Source of the DNA: Squalus acanthias
Taxonomy: Eukaryota
Direction: 5' to 3'
Assembly (NCBI GenBank): GCA_030390025.1
Contig: CM059432.1
Coordinates: 64,978,001-65,042,000 of the forward strand
DNA: 64,000 nucleotides
Under the pieces are notes generated by a model. The model ran no database searches and was not told where the DNA came from. It saw nothing but the letters and a program-made list of their open reading frames with translations. The position numbers and the translations under genes were made by a program. This document shows positions 13,956-26,363 of this stretch, one piece after another. Each line of letters opens with the position of its first letter. The first letter of the stretch is position 1.

Positions 13956-14175
13956 AGCAAAATACTGCGGATGCTGGAAAATTGAAACAACAACAGAAAA
14001 CGCTGAAAAAACTCAGCAGGCCAGACAACATCCGTGGAGAGAGAAACAGAGTTAACGTTTCAGGTCGAAACCCTTCGTCAGACGAAGGGTTTCGACCTGA
14101 AACGTTAACTCTGTTTCTCTCTCCACGGATGTTGCCTGGCCTGCTGAGTTTTTCCAGCGTTTTCTGTTGTTTCTG
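13956..14175. mobile_element. Short fold-back (hairpin) insertion derived from a Penelope-like 3' tail
   Basis: Palindrome centred at 14080 (1-nt loop, ~90-bp arms), ~33-nt one-sided extension, 13-bp TSD ACGTTATTTTGAT (13943-13955, 14176-14188). Confidence 0.88.
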
Positions 14176-15619
14176 ACGTTATTTTGATGCTGCCTGTTGA
14201 TTTGAATGATTTCAGTGTACAGCCGAGTGACCAACACACTGCTTCAGGCTGTGCACTCAGCAGGAGGCCCAATGTCTGTAGTGTCCCTGGAGTGAGACAG
14301 CCTTTTTTTAAAGTAAGGCTGTCATTTTAAAAGCAGTCTCGAGCCCTTAAAGGGGAACTGCCTTCTGAAAAAAAAATCATTCAAAACTAGGCAGTCTCTA
14401 GCCCTTAGAGCTCAACTACTTTCTGTTAAAAAAACATTAAAAATCATTCCAAACTAGACAGTTTTCAGCTCTTAAAGCTGAACTGCCTTCTGCATGTAAA
14501 AAATGGTAAAAGTGCTTCAGCACTAACACAAATGGCTCAACAGGCCAGGGAAAGGGCACCCAGGGTCTCACACGCAGAACTCCAGCTTTGTGCAGGGTGT
14601 CAACACTGCAAGAGAGGTCCTCTACCCACAGGGGGCCAGGAAGCCCTCCAAATGAAGGATGTGGGACCAGATCACCGAGGCCATCACTGCCAGCAGTCGC
14701 CACCAGGACTTGGCTCCAGTGAACAAATAAGTTTCATGACCTCAGACCAGTGGTCAAGGTCAGTGAATGCATCTTCAAAAGCCATCTCCTACCAACTGCA
14801 CCATTAGCCTCACACACTGCTCAATGCACGACCTCCCCCCTGCCTCCATCACTCACCTATCAACAATCTCTACCAAACACGAGGCACACCTCACATTCCT
14901 AGCTTCACCTCACCCCCTTGGAGGAGATGGTGCTGGCCATTCTTCGCAGGGGCATGACTGGCCAGTGGCGGGCTGAAAGAATACAAGATGCTGGTATCTC
15001 ATACGTTATCTTCTTCTCACAGCCCACTTCCCATTCATCCCACAATCTCTTCTGATGTACAAACTGCACATGCTGTAAGCATGCACCTCTTGCTTTCCCG
15101 CCCTCCCCTCACCACAACTCTACCCTTGTGCCTTCTTCATTTCACACACCCAAGAAAGGGAGAGGAGAGTGAAGAAGAAGAAGAAGAAACACCGTCACTC
15201 GATATCACACTCCCAGCCACCAGCTCCTCAAGGTCGTCCTGCAAGGCCATCAGCAATTTTACCCCACTTCAAGTCAGCAACATTCCACCAGCCATGCTGC
15301 AGCCACTGGGGTAACACTGTGTGACATCATCAGGATAGGCAAAGACAGTCACTAAGGGAATGCACAAGGGTGATTAATTGATTTTTTGATGTGCTTTTGG
15401 ATGCAGAAACTGATAAAGTTGGATTGGAAAGTTTGCTTTGTGGTGGCTTTTATTTCAGCATTGTGGCCAAGAGGACGCTGTGATGGTCAGTAACAGAGGG
15501 AAGGTAAGGTGTGGGACAAATGTTGAAAGGGGAATTGGGGTTGTGGTCATTGGTACCGCAGGCTGATGATTCGATCCCAGATATCTCAGGCAGAAAGGGG
15601 ATGTCTTGATTGCACATTC

Positions 15620-15861
15620 CTTCCGCTTCCTCCTCTTCCGCTTCCTCCTCTTCCGTTTCCTCCTCTTCTGCGTCTTCCTCTTCTTCGTCTTCCTCTTCTT
15701 CTGCGTCTTCCTCTTCTTCTGCGTCTTCCTCTTCTTCTGCGTCTTCCTCTTCTTCTGCGTCTTCCTCTTCTTCTGCGTCTTCCTCTTCTTCTGCGTCTTC
15801 CTCTTCTTCTGCGTCTTCCTCTTCTTCTGCGTCTTCCTCTTCTTCTGCGTCTTCCTCTTCC
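15620..15861. repeat. 18-bp minisatellite (GCGTCTTCCTCTTCTTCT)n, reading EEEEDA on the - strand
   Basis: Direct tandem array of about 9 near-perfect units plus degenerate flanking units. Confidence 0.95.
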
Positions 15862-15944
15862 CTCTGCTTCATCCTTGTCCCCTTTGCTGCCTCTGCTTCA
15901 TCCCATGTGCCCCCCCAGGACTGTGAGCAAGTTGTCTTCTCAGA

Positions 15945-16048
15945 GGCAAAATACCGCGGATACTGGAAATCGGAAATAAAACCAGAAAATGCTGGAAATA
16001 TGCAGCATCTGTGGAGAGAGAAACAGAGTTAACATTTTTCAGGTCAAC
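15945..16048 (-). mobile_element. Single-arm Penelope 3'-tail fragment
   Basis: Matches one arm of the 13956 and 36297 hairpins. Confidence 0.75.
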
Positions 16049-16216
16049 GGCTAGGGGGGTGCTGGGGATGACTGGAACTGTGAATAATTATGGAAATGAT
16101 CTTAGACTGGAAAACTGAGTCCCTTTTGCACTTGAAATTCAGGCAGGTCTCAACGCAGCATAAACCAAACTAGAACCGAGTTATATCTGAAGACAAAAAT
16201 TGATTAATGACCTAAA

Positions 16217-16523
16217 CGGAGTGACTGCTGCCAACGACTGGAAGCCGCACAGAAGCGTACTGCACACTCCAACCGGAAGCATGATGTCTCTGCTTTGTTT
16301 AAAATGAGCTCGCTAACGAGCCTGCTCCCTTCCCGGCTTTTTTTTTAACAAGCCCGTTCTTTTCCCAGCTTTTTTTAATGAGCCCGCTCCTTTCCCGACT
16401 TTTTTTAACCAGCCCGCTCTTTTCACGGCTTTAAAAAAAAATGTTAACGAGCCGGCTCCCATGACGAACCGGAAGCGCGCATGCGCATAACGCTTCCAGT
16501 TCATTGGCAGCAGTCGCGTCCTT
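16217..16523. mobile_element. Unclassified small TIR element with internal ~30-bp tandem repeats
   Basis: Inverted GACTGCTGCCAA..ACTGGAAGC near both ends; ACCTAAA repeated at 16210 and 16524; 4-5 AAC(G/A)AGCC..T-run units at 16315-16460. Confidence 0.6.
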
Positions 16524-17174
16524 ACCTAAATGAAGAAATTACAACTAATTACCCAGAACATTTCCAATTAGAAAAAAAATGAATTTAAAGAATTCCTGAA
16601 ATTACATCTTGTCTGTAAAATTTAAAAAAAACATTGTTAAATATCAGAAAGGTTATTTGAGGAGTTATCAGAAATAACTGTAGCTTAAGATCATAACTAA
16701 AGTGTGTGCCTTTTGCTCATTATAACTCTGCCAATGTGTCAAAACTGTACTTAGAATGAATGTTGGTGTCATAGAGAAATTCTCTCCTGGCAAGGAAACA
16801 GTAATCTGGTTGAACACAGTCTTAGTGGTCCCATGAAGACAATGATCTATCTGTTCTAAGCAACCTTCCTGCTCCCATTAGAACAGACAGATAGAGAGCC
16901 ACAGTACCCAGCTACATCCTGAGGGCTTAGGCCAGCAACAGAAATTCCGGATATACACTATAAATAGGCTCCTCCATAGAGGAGGGGGCTTTAGGAGAGG
17001 GGTCAGTAATATTTGTGGATTACTATCCAAGGCCAGTTTGTGCTGAACGATTGTTTGACTTCAGGAACTGATGTAGAGTCATAAAAACAAGTTCATCATG
17101 TTTTCTGAATCTTTGGCAATTAGGGTACTGTTTTACTCATTCATGCAGTTTTATTTTATTTTGTTCACTTTTTC

Positions 17175-18240
17175 TAGAGTGCAGTACTGAGAGAGTGCTC
17201 TATTGTTAGAGACAACGGGGGAAAAATTTGGTTGATTTGAGCCTCCAGTTACGGGGCGCAAAGCAACTAGCGCCTGGGCGTGGTGCTGCCAACGCCTCCC
17301 ACGAAATTCAGCAGGAGGTTAGCGGCGGCGGTAACCGTTAGCACCCCGCGGCACTGCACCGCCGGCGATGACGTCATCACCATGCGCAGCGCCCCGCTCG
17401 CACCCTGGCTGCGATCATTGGTATCGCCCCCGACTTACCACCGAATGCTATGTCCGATAGGGTCAGGGGGGCCTACCTGCGGCCGGGGCGGCACAAATTA
17501 AAGGGGAGGTGCCGGGCGGCCATTTTTGTTGCTGGTTGCCTGCCAGCACCTGCCCCCGTTGCTGTCCCCGGCCTTCTGTGCAGCACCCCCCCGCGGGGTG
17601 CCGGCTGCGCTCCATGAGCCCGGCACTTCTCGAGTGCCGGGCTCTTTTGCCGGCACTCCAATCCCTGGTGGCCCAGCTGGGCCCTGGGTCACGCTGCACT
17701 AGGCCCCACCCCTTTAATAAGGGGAGGAAGGCCTGCAGTACCGCGGCGCAACGTGCCACAGCGCATGGCGCTGCGGCACGTAGTGCCGTGATATTCACTC
17801 ACAACGCCCCAAGAGGGAGTCGTGTTGCTTCCAGTAGTGCCCCGCCTCCCTCTTGGTGCGCTAACAGTGAATTTCGGGCACAGGGGCACTAATTTTAAAG
17901 TAGAGCCCTGGCGAAGTTAGCGCCCCAAAGGGGGCGCGACCCAATTTTTCCCCCAGCATTTTTCAGACAAGACAGTGAACCAAGTCCTTGTCAGTGAAGT
18001 GGGCACTGAATAATCCCATAGTCATATTTGAAGAAGAGCAGCAAGTATTCCACCTCAACCAACATCACCGAAATCAAACTAGCTGGTCAGTCATCTCATT
18101 TGCTGTTAGTGGAACCTTTCCTTACACAACTTGGTTACTGTGTTTGGCTCCCTGTCAACGGGGTACATATTTCAAAAATAGCCCATTTGTTGTGGAGTGG
18201 TTTTGGATGTCCTGAGTATATAATAAAGTGCTACATTAAT
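17175..18240 (+). mobile_element. Deu-domain SINE remnant split by the MITE at 17217-17954
   Basis: GTGCAGTACTGAGAGAGTGCT..TGTTAGAG resembles the Deu core and continues after the MITE. Confidence 0.55.
17217..17954 (-). mobile_element. Harbinger MITE sharing ends with the intact element (reverse orientation)
   Basis: TIR GGGGGAAAAATT; one end GGGGGAAAAATTGGGTCGCGCCCC matches the left end of the 55552 element; near-TSD AAC/AGC. Confidence 0.88.
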
Positions 18241-18413
18241 TCAAGTTAATTCATTGATTATTACTTCAATATTTTTTGCTCCTTTTTATTTTTGATAAGC
18301 TACAAATAATGATTGTCCAGCAGATGTAATCAGCTTGATATAGTTGCTTTAAGAAGCATCGATATTGAAGTACCTGTGAAAGAATTGTGTTAGGTATAGA
18401 AATTAAAGGCTAT

Positions 18414-20640
18414 GGGGGAGAAATTGGCTAATCCCCGAAAACAGGTGTGGGGATCGTGGTACGTGATTAACCCGCACCCATTCATTGCGATGCAGACAGC
18501 ACCTTAAATTTATGCTGCCTGCTGTTTAAATGATTGCTGCTTGCAGCCAGCACTCCCCGTGCTGTTCATTGGCTGCCGCATCAGCAGGGGGCTCGACATC
18601 GCTAGTGACTAACAGCAAAGAACTGGAGAAGGACAAGCGTGTCTACATGTTTTGACCCCCATGGAGGAGACAGTGCTGGCCATCATGGGAAGGGGAACCA
18701 GAGGCCATGGCCACTGGAAGGGCTGAAGGGATCGATGATGAGGGTATCTGCATACCCAATCCTCCTTCTCTTATCCCACTTCTCCCTCATCCTACAATCT
18801 CATCTGAATCACAAGCTGCAGATGGTGTAAGCACGCACTTCTTACTTTCTCCTCTCCCCTCACCATAACCCAACACTTTTTCATTTCAGATACCCAAGAA
18901 GTGGAACCTTTCCAGTTAGTGGAGGAAGAGACCATGTCACTCGATCTTACACTCGTAGCCACCAGCTCAGCGACTGACACTGCGCATATCTTAGAGGCTA
19001 GGATAGAGAAGGGATCTGCATGTGATGAGACACCAGGCACAAATGCGCAGGCGCCAGGAAGGGGTACAAGTATAGCGCAGGTGCCAGCTCGCTGGAGGAC
19101 AAGGTCGCACACTAGTTCTATTGCACAGGACTCAGATGAGGACTTCAATGGGCCAGGCTACAGAAGAAGGCTGATGGGTGCACACAACCAAATGCTTGGT
19201 GTACTGGAAAGCCTGCCAGAAAGCCTGCGCTCAATGTCATGGAGCATGGAGGAATCCAGCACCAACTTGGCACAGGGTTTTGCACAGAGCTTGGAGTCAA
19301 TCCTTTCCAACATGGAACAGGTGGTCACCTCCATCAGCAAACCTGTGGAACCCACCATGATGCTTCCATTGCCACACAAACAGCTTCCATCAAAGGTCTG
19401 AATGCTGCAGTGGAAGCTCAGACTGCTGCCATCATGGCTCTGGATACCACTGGGCTTCCAGGGCGTCACAGCAGTCCATCAATCTGTTCTCCAACAGATC
19501 AGTAGGATTGCTGAGGCGCTGTCCCGGGAGAGTGGCTGTGGTTCCATGGAGCACAAACCTGCAGTCCTCCCTCAGGATTACAGCATTCCTGTGGCTGTGA
19601 AGGTGACCGTGGCTCATAACTGTTATGCAGCTGGCTCCTTCCAGGCTGCTGCTGGAGATATAAGCAACATCTCACAGTTTGCAGTATACTGCTGCACAAG
19701 GGAGGTCACTGAGGCTCTCTATGCACAGGGACAGCTTCATCTCATTCCCTCTTGCCAGAGACAAGCAGGTAGAGCGAACATGAACGAGGGTTTGTACAGA
19801 TTGCAAGCTTCCCCATGGTGCAGGGTGCCATTGATTGCATGCAAATTGCCTTGTGTGCACCTCATGTGAGCTCTGCCGTTTTCCTGAACTGAAAGAGGTT
19901 CCACTCTCTCAATGTGCGGCTGGTGTGTGGCCACAGGCAGCGCAGCATGAAGGTGAATGCCCATTATCCTGGCAGTAGTCACGATTCCTTCATTCTGTGG
20001 CAGTCCTCTTGCCAGCTGTATTTGACCCAACACACCAAGTTAAAGCTTGGCTATTGGATGACAAAGGTTATCCACTCATGACATAGCTCATGACTCTAAT
20101 ACGGAGCCCACACACACGTTCAATCAAGCCTACAATGAGAGCCATGCTGCCACAAGGAACATTATAGAGCACACCATCGGTGTCCTCAAGCAATGCTTCC
20201 GCTGCCTGGATGGGGCCTCGCAGAACTCAGCTGAGCGGGTATCATGATTTGTGGTAATATGCTGCACAACCTGGCCATTATGAGGGAACAGCCCTTGCCA
20301 CCACCTATCAGGCGAAAAGCTGAGGAGTAGACAGAAAAAAATAGTCCAGCAAATAGTTCATGATCCCTTTAAATAGCACAGGTGGTGGGTCCTTCATTTA
20401 ATTTAACGCGTGTTCAGCTGTGCAAGGTTAAGACAGGGCGTAGGCTAGAGCATGGAGTTGGAAAATGGCAGCACTGGCATCAAATCAGTTTAGCACAATG
20501 ATTGACGTCATGATCTTTCTGTTCTGCATGCTCCTGGTGGACTTTAGATGTGCGCACACAAACCCCACACATCTCGGACCCCATTTTCGAGCCGCGTTGT
20601 GACTAAAAAACGGATGCTACACAGCCCAACTTCTCCCACA
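18414..20640 (+). mobile_element. Rearranged Harbinger copy with an inverted transposase segment
   Basis: GGGGGAGAAATTGG left TIR, degenerate right TIR, TAT flanks; Myb exon 2/3 remnants, then transposase (VAVKVTVA..GSFQAAAGD..) on the same + strand at 19591-20330. Confidence 0.82.
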
Positions 20641-21333
20641 TATCTTGTACACTGGTTGCTCCGGATATTCACTCCTAAGAACTCTATCAGCCAGCAAATC
20701 GTACTAGTGTGCAAGACGTATTCGGGCTTTGCAGATTATAACATTTCTGAAAATTTGTGTTTTGGTTACATCATGCATATAAAACATTGCTTTGGTCGCC
20801 TATTTCCTAGGAGCTTCTCCACTGGCGTTACTGCGCCAGAAGTGCGGCGGAAGCCCCATTTGCACGCATAGACTCGGTTTCCGCCACACTTCTGCCAAAG
20901 TGGGAGCAGCTCCAAGGAATATCGGGCCTTTGTTTCTGCATATTGTTCAGGTGATACTTCAATGCCATTACAATGCCACCCGGTGGCAAGTACAGTGTAC
21001 CACAGCAATTTTAGTAATGTTACTGCCGGACTGATTTTCAAAAGCAGGATTTTATGCTGGTCCTAATCAAAACATCAGGTTCGGAAATCTGAGCAGTAGT
21101 GGTTTGTTAGAGAAATCACCACATTGTACACAAGTTAAAAATGAGGAAATTAGAAACAGAATTCAAACTGAACATTTTTAAAAGGAAATAGAAGTGTACA
21201 ATAAGTTACAAAAAGGTCTTTGATGAAGACAAATTTTATGGGTATAGAAGACAATTGGATGCATTTCTGCAGAGCGAAGGGATTGAAGGATATGGTGAGT
21301 GATGTTGATCACAAAAAATAAGACAGACTTAGC

Positions 21334-22085
21334 TGCCTTAAAATTGAATGCTGCCACGCCTGTTTCTCAGACACAAAACAGGCATCTAAGCATTCAATAA
21401 GATGGGCAGGATCGCTCATTACGTGTCAGTTTGTGCCGCCTGCCATATTGTTAAAGGCAGAAAAAGAGGTGTTCAGCCTGAAACAGGCATTAGGAGCTTT
21501 GCATCTGCAAATAGGGGGCATAACACATGATTGAGGCCCCCTTTGCAAAATTGGGCTGCCCTGCATGGTGCCAGGCCGGCTGCATTCAGGAAAACTTGGT
21601 ATGCATGAGGCCTAACAAGGGGTATTTAAGGCACCGCTGGAGACCACCACCAACAAAATAAGTTAAAAAAATACTTACCTGAACATGGAGCCAGCAGGAG
21701 CACTCCTCTGGGGTCCACTGCACTGCCGAAGACCACTGTCAGCTCCTGATTGGCCCCCTCCCAATCGCCACTCTTCTTGCCCAAGCGCTTGCACCCTCTC
21801 CTGATTGGCCCCCTCCCAATCGCCACTCTTCTTGCCCAAGCGCTTGCACCCTCTCCCGATTGGCCCCTCCCCCACTGCCCCTGTTCGCTTTGCACCTTAT
21901 CCCAGGACCTATCTGTGGGCTGAAATTTAAGTCCTCTTCACTGGCTTGGGGGTGCCCAGCAGGCATCTGCAGCTCGCCAGTTTAATTTAAATGAGGTCCA
22001 AGGCAAAATGCTGGGTGGATCTCAGGCCTACCCATTCCAGCGCAGGAATCGTTCCCTGCACCCAGTTCATGCCAATTTCTAGGCC
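21334..22085. mobile_element. Harbinger-type MITE with internal 55-bp tandem repeat (21743-21870)
   Basis: Ends TGCCTTAAAATT and AATTTCTAGGCC; flanks AGC/ATC. Confidence 0.6.
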
Positions 22086-24340
22086 ATCATCTTAACTGTT
22101 TAAATACTCCATTTCTTTTTAGAATGCAATGGATAGTATTTACATAACAGAACGTGTAAAATGTCTGTCAATGTACCAGTTCCATTAAACAATTGGGCTT
22201 TAAACTAATGGGGGGGGGGGGGGCTGGTTGGAAGGATTCAGGAAAGGGTAAATTCAAAAGCAGTAAGAGAAATGTCAAGGCTTTAGAGCAGAGTAGAGAT
22301 TTGGGTAAAAATAGGCAGAGTGGGTCAGGAAGGGACAGAGAGTAACAAAGGTAATAGGGCTAAGGTGGTATCAGGGAAAAATAGAAAAAAGTTAAAGCTA
22401 AAGGTACTATATCTGAATGCGCGAAGTATTCGCAACAAAATAGATGAATTAATAGAAATAAATGGGTTTGATCTAATAACCATTTTGGAGGCGTGGTTGC
22501 AGAATGACCAAGGTTGGGAACAAAATATTCCAAAATACTTGACCTTTAGAAGAGATAGGCAGAATGGAAAAGGATGGGGGGGGGGTGGCGGTGGATAAAG
22601 ACAGTAGAGAGAAAGGATCTTAGCTCGGAAAAAAAGATGTAGAATCACTTTGGGTGGAGCTAAGGAACAACAAAGGGCAGAAAACATTGGTAGGAGTTGT
22701 TTATAGGCCCCCAAACAGTAGTTGTAGTGTCAGGCACAGTATAAATCAAGATATTAGAGGGCATGTAACAAGGGAAATACAGTAATCATGGGGGACTTTA
22801 ATTTTCATATAGACTGGGCAAACCAATTTTGTAGTAATAGCGCAGAGGACGAGTTCATGGAATGCATTCAAGATAGTTTTCTAGATCAGTATGTCGAGGA
22901 ACCAACTAGGGAACAGGCTATTTTAGATCTAATATTGTACAATGAGTCAGGGTTAATTAATAACCCTGTAGTAAAGGAGCTTCAGGGGAGCAGTGCTCAT
23001 AATATGATAGAATTTTATGTTGAGTTTGAGTGTAATTTAGTTAAGTCCAAAACTAGGGTCTTAAATCTGAACAAAGCAAACTACGGAGGTATGAAAGGTA
23101 AGTTGGCTAAGGTAGGTTGGAAAACAAGCTTAAAAGATACGATGGCAGATAAACAATGGCAAACATTTAAAGAAATAATTCATAATTCAGAATGAATATA
23201 CACACCCTTAAGGAATAAAAGCCCCAGGGGAAAAATAGTTCAACCATGGCTAACAAGAGAAGTTAAAGATAGTATTAGATTAAAGGAAGAGGCTTATAAT
23301 GTTGCCAAAAAGAGTAATAAGCCTGAGGATTGGGAGTACTTTAGAATTCAGCAAAGAAGTACCAAGAAATTGATAGAGAGAAAATAGAATATGAGTAAAC
23401 CACCAAGAGACATAGAAACAGATCATAAAAGCTTCTATAGGTATGCAAAAAGTAAGGGATTAGCAAAAGTAAACATGGGTCCCTTACAGGCAGAGACAGG
23501 AGAAATTATAATGGGGAATATGGAAATGGCAGAGACATTAAACAAACACTTTTTATCTGTCTTCACGGAAGAAGAAATAAAAAACATTCCAAAAATAGTG
23601 GGGAACAAAAGGTCTACTGAGAACGAGGAAATTAGTATTAGTAAAGAAATAGTACTGGAGAAATTAATTGGACTAAAAACTGACAAATCCCCTAGATCCT
23701 AGGGTTTTAAAAGAGGTGGCTACAGAGATACTAAATGCATTTCTTTTGATCTTCCAGAATTTCCTAGATTGTAGAATCGTCCCTGCGGATTGGAAGGTAG
23801 CAAATATAACCCCGCTATTCAAGAAAGGAGGGAGAGAGAAAACAAACAACTATAGACCAGTTAGCCTGACATCCTTGAATCTATTATTAGGGATGTGGTA
23901 ACAGGGCACTTAGAAAATGATAATATAATTAGGCAGAGTTAACACAGATTTATGAAAGGGATATTGTGTTTGACAAATCTAATAGAGTTTTTTGAGGTTG
24001 TAATTAGCAGGGTAGATAAGGGGGAACCAGTGGATGTAGTGTATTTGGATTTTCAGAAAGCTTCCGATAAGGTGCCACACACACACACGAGGTTATTACA
24101 CAAAATTAGAGCTCATGGGATTGGGGGTAATACATTAGCATGGATTGAAGATTGGTTAACGGACAGAAAACAGAGAGTAGGAATAAATGGGTCATTTTTG
24201 GGTTGGCAGGCTGTAACTGGTGGGGTACCACAAGGATCAGTGCTTGGGCCTCAGCTATTTACAATCTATGTCAATGACTTAGATAAGGGGACTAAGTGTA
24301 ATGTATCCAAGTTTGCTGACAATACAAAACTAGGTGGGAA

Positions 24341-25388
24341 GATGGTTGTGGAGGTTGAAGGTCAATCATCACAGCCCCAGGACATCATTGCAAGAGTTCC
24401 CCAGGGCAGTGTCCTAGGCACAACCATCTTCAGCTGCTTCATCAAGGACGTTCCCTCCAACATAAGGTCAGAAATGGGGATGTTCGCTGATGACTGTAGT
24501 GTTCAGTGCCATCCACAACTCCTCAGATAATGAAGCAGTCCATGCCCGCATGCAACAAGACCTGGACGACATTCAGGCTTGGGCCGATAAGTGTCAGGTA
24601 ACATTCACGCCACACAAGTGCCAGGCAATGACTATCTCCAACAAGCGAGAGTCTAACCACCGCCCCTTGACATTCAACAGCATGACCATCGCTGAATCCC
24701 CCACCATCAATATCCTGGGAGTCACCATTGACCAGAAACGTAACTGGACCAGCCACATAAATACTGTGGCAGCAAGAGCAGGTCAGAGGCTAGGTATTCT
24801 GCGGTGAGTGTCTCACCTCCTGACTCCCCAAAGCCTTTCCACCATCTACAAGGTACAAGTAAGGAGTGTGATGGAATACTTTCCACTTGCCTGGATGAGT
24901 GCAGCTCCAACAACACTCAAGAAGCTCGACACCATCCAGGACAAAGCAGCCCGCTTGATTGGCACCCCATCCACCACCTTAAACATTCACTCCCTCCACC
25001 ACCGGCGTACTGTGGCTGCAGTGTGCACCATCTACAAGATGCACTGCAGCAACTCGCCAAGCCTTCTTCGGCAGCACCTCCCAAACCCATCAACCTCTTC
25101 CACCTAGAAGGACAAGGGCAGCAGGCGCATGGGAACACCACCACCTCCAAGTTCCCCTCCAAGTCACACACCATCCTGACTTAGAAGTATATCGCCGATC
25201 CTTCATCATCGCTGGGTCAAAATCCTGGAACTCCCTACCTAACAGCACTGTGGGAGTACCTTCACCACACGGACTGCAGCGGTTCAAGAAGGCAGCTCAC
25301 CACCACCTTCTCAAGGGCAATTAGGGATGGGCAATAAATGCTGGTCTTGCTAGTGACACCCACATTCCACAAAACTAATTAAAAAAAA
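24341..25388 (+). mobile_element. CR1/L2-group LINE 3' part nested in CR1
   Basis: [29 protein letters not shown]-rich tail; host CR1 resumes at GAAAGTAAGC. Confidence 0.9.
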
Positions 25389-26199
25389 GAAAGTAAGCTG
25401 TGAGGAGGATGTAAAGAGGCTGCAAAGGGATATAGACAGGTTAAGTGAATGGGCAAGAACATGGCAGATGGAATATAATGTGTGGAATAGTGAAGTTATC
25501 CACTTTGGTAGAAAAAGAGAGCAGAATATTTTTTAAATGGAGAGAGATCAGTGGGACCTGGATGTCCTTCTACACGAATCACTGAAAGTTAACATGCAGG
25601 TACAGCAATCAATTAGGAAAGCAAATGGCATGTTAGCCTTTATTACAAAAGGATTGGACTATCAGAGTAAAGAAGTCTTACTGCAATTGTATAGGGACTT
25701 GGTGAGACCATACCTGGAGTACTGTGTATCGTTTTGGTCTTCTTACCTAAAGAAGGATATACTTGCCAAAGGTTTACCAGACTGATTCCTGGGATGGGGG
25801 ATTGTCCTATTAGGAGAGATTGAGGAGACTAGGGGGGAGAAATTCATTATAGCTCAGGAATGGGCACTAACCTCTGAAAAGTTTGAGATTTAGCGCCAGT
25901 TGCTAATGAATCTTGCTGCACACTAAATTAAGTGTTAGCGCTGAAAGAAAGGACTGACCACTAAATCAAGTGCTAATGACCTAGCTCAGTGGCGTTAGAC
26001 TCAAAGTGCTAAGCAATTTCAGGTGCAGTCTAATCGCTAGTCATCATTACCACAGGTTCTTTCCCGTTCTTAAAGGTGAGGTTCAATCATTCTGCAGAAC
26101 CTCATTCTCAGCATTGCTGGTTCTGCAGCTGTCTCAGCAAGCAGCAGAAGGCCAAGGGGAAGGAACCAGACCACTGAAGGAGGTGTCAATATATATATA

Positions 26200-26359
26200 A
26201 TTAGATATAATACTCACAACTCGGGGGATCAAGGGGTATGGCGAGAAAGCAGGAATGGGGTACTGAGGTAGCATGTTCAGCCATGAACGCATTAAATGGC
26301 GGTGCAGGCTCGAAGGACCGAATGGTCTACTCCTGCACCTATTTTCTATGTTTCTATGT
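26200..26359 (+). mobile_element. CR1 3' tail fragment inserted just upstream of the Myb start codon
   Basis: GGGATCAAGGGGTATGG..stem-loop..(TTTCTATG)2. Confidence 0.8.
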
Positions 26360-26363
26360 CATT

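Larger units (their letters stand above)
13857..15930 (+). mobile_element. Decayed Harbinger copy (same subfamily as 8558-10721)
   Basis: GACCTAGAAATT left end; MAQQARERAPR Myb exon-1 remnant; convergent transposase C-terminal acidic remnant. Confidence 0.78.

Noticed and set aside
15450..16032. Low-complexity ORFs (poly-EEEEDA, poly-S, LRLPLL, FFCVFL)
   Set aside because: By-products of the 18-bp minisatellite in a dead transposon.
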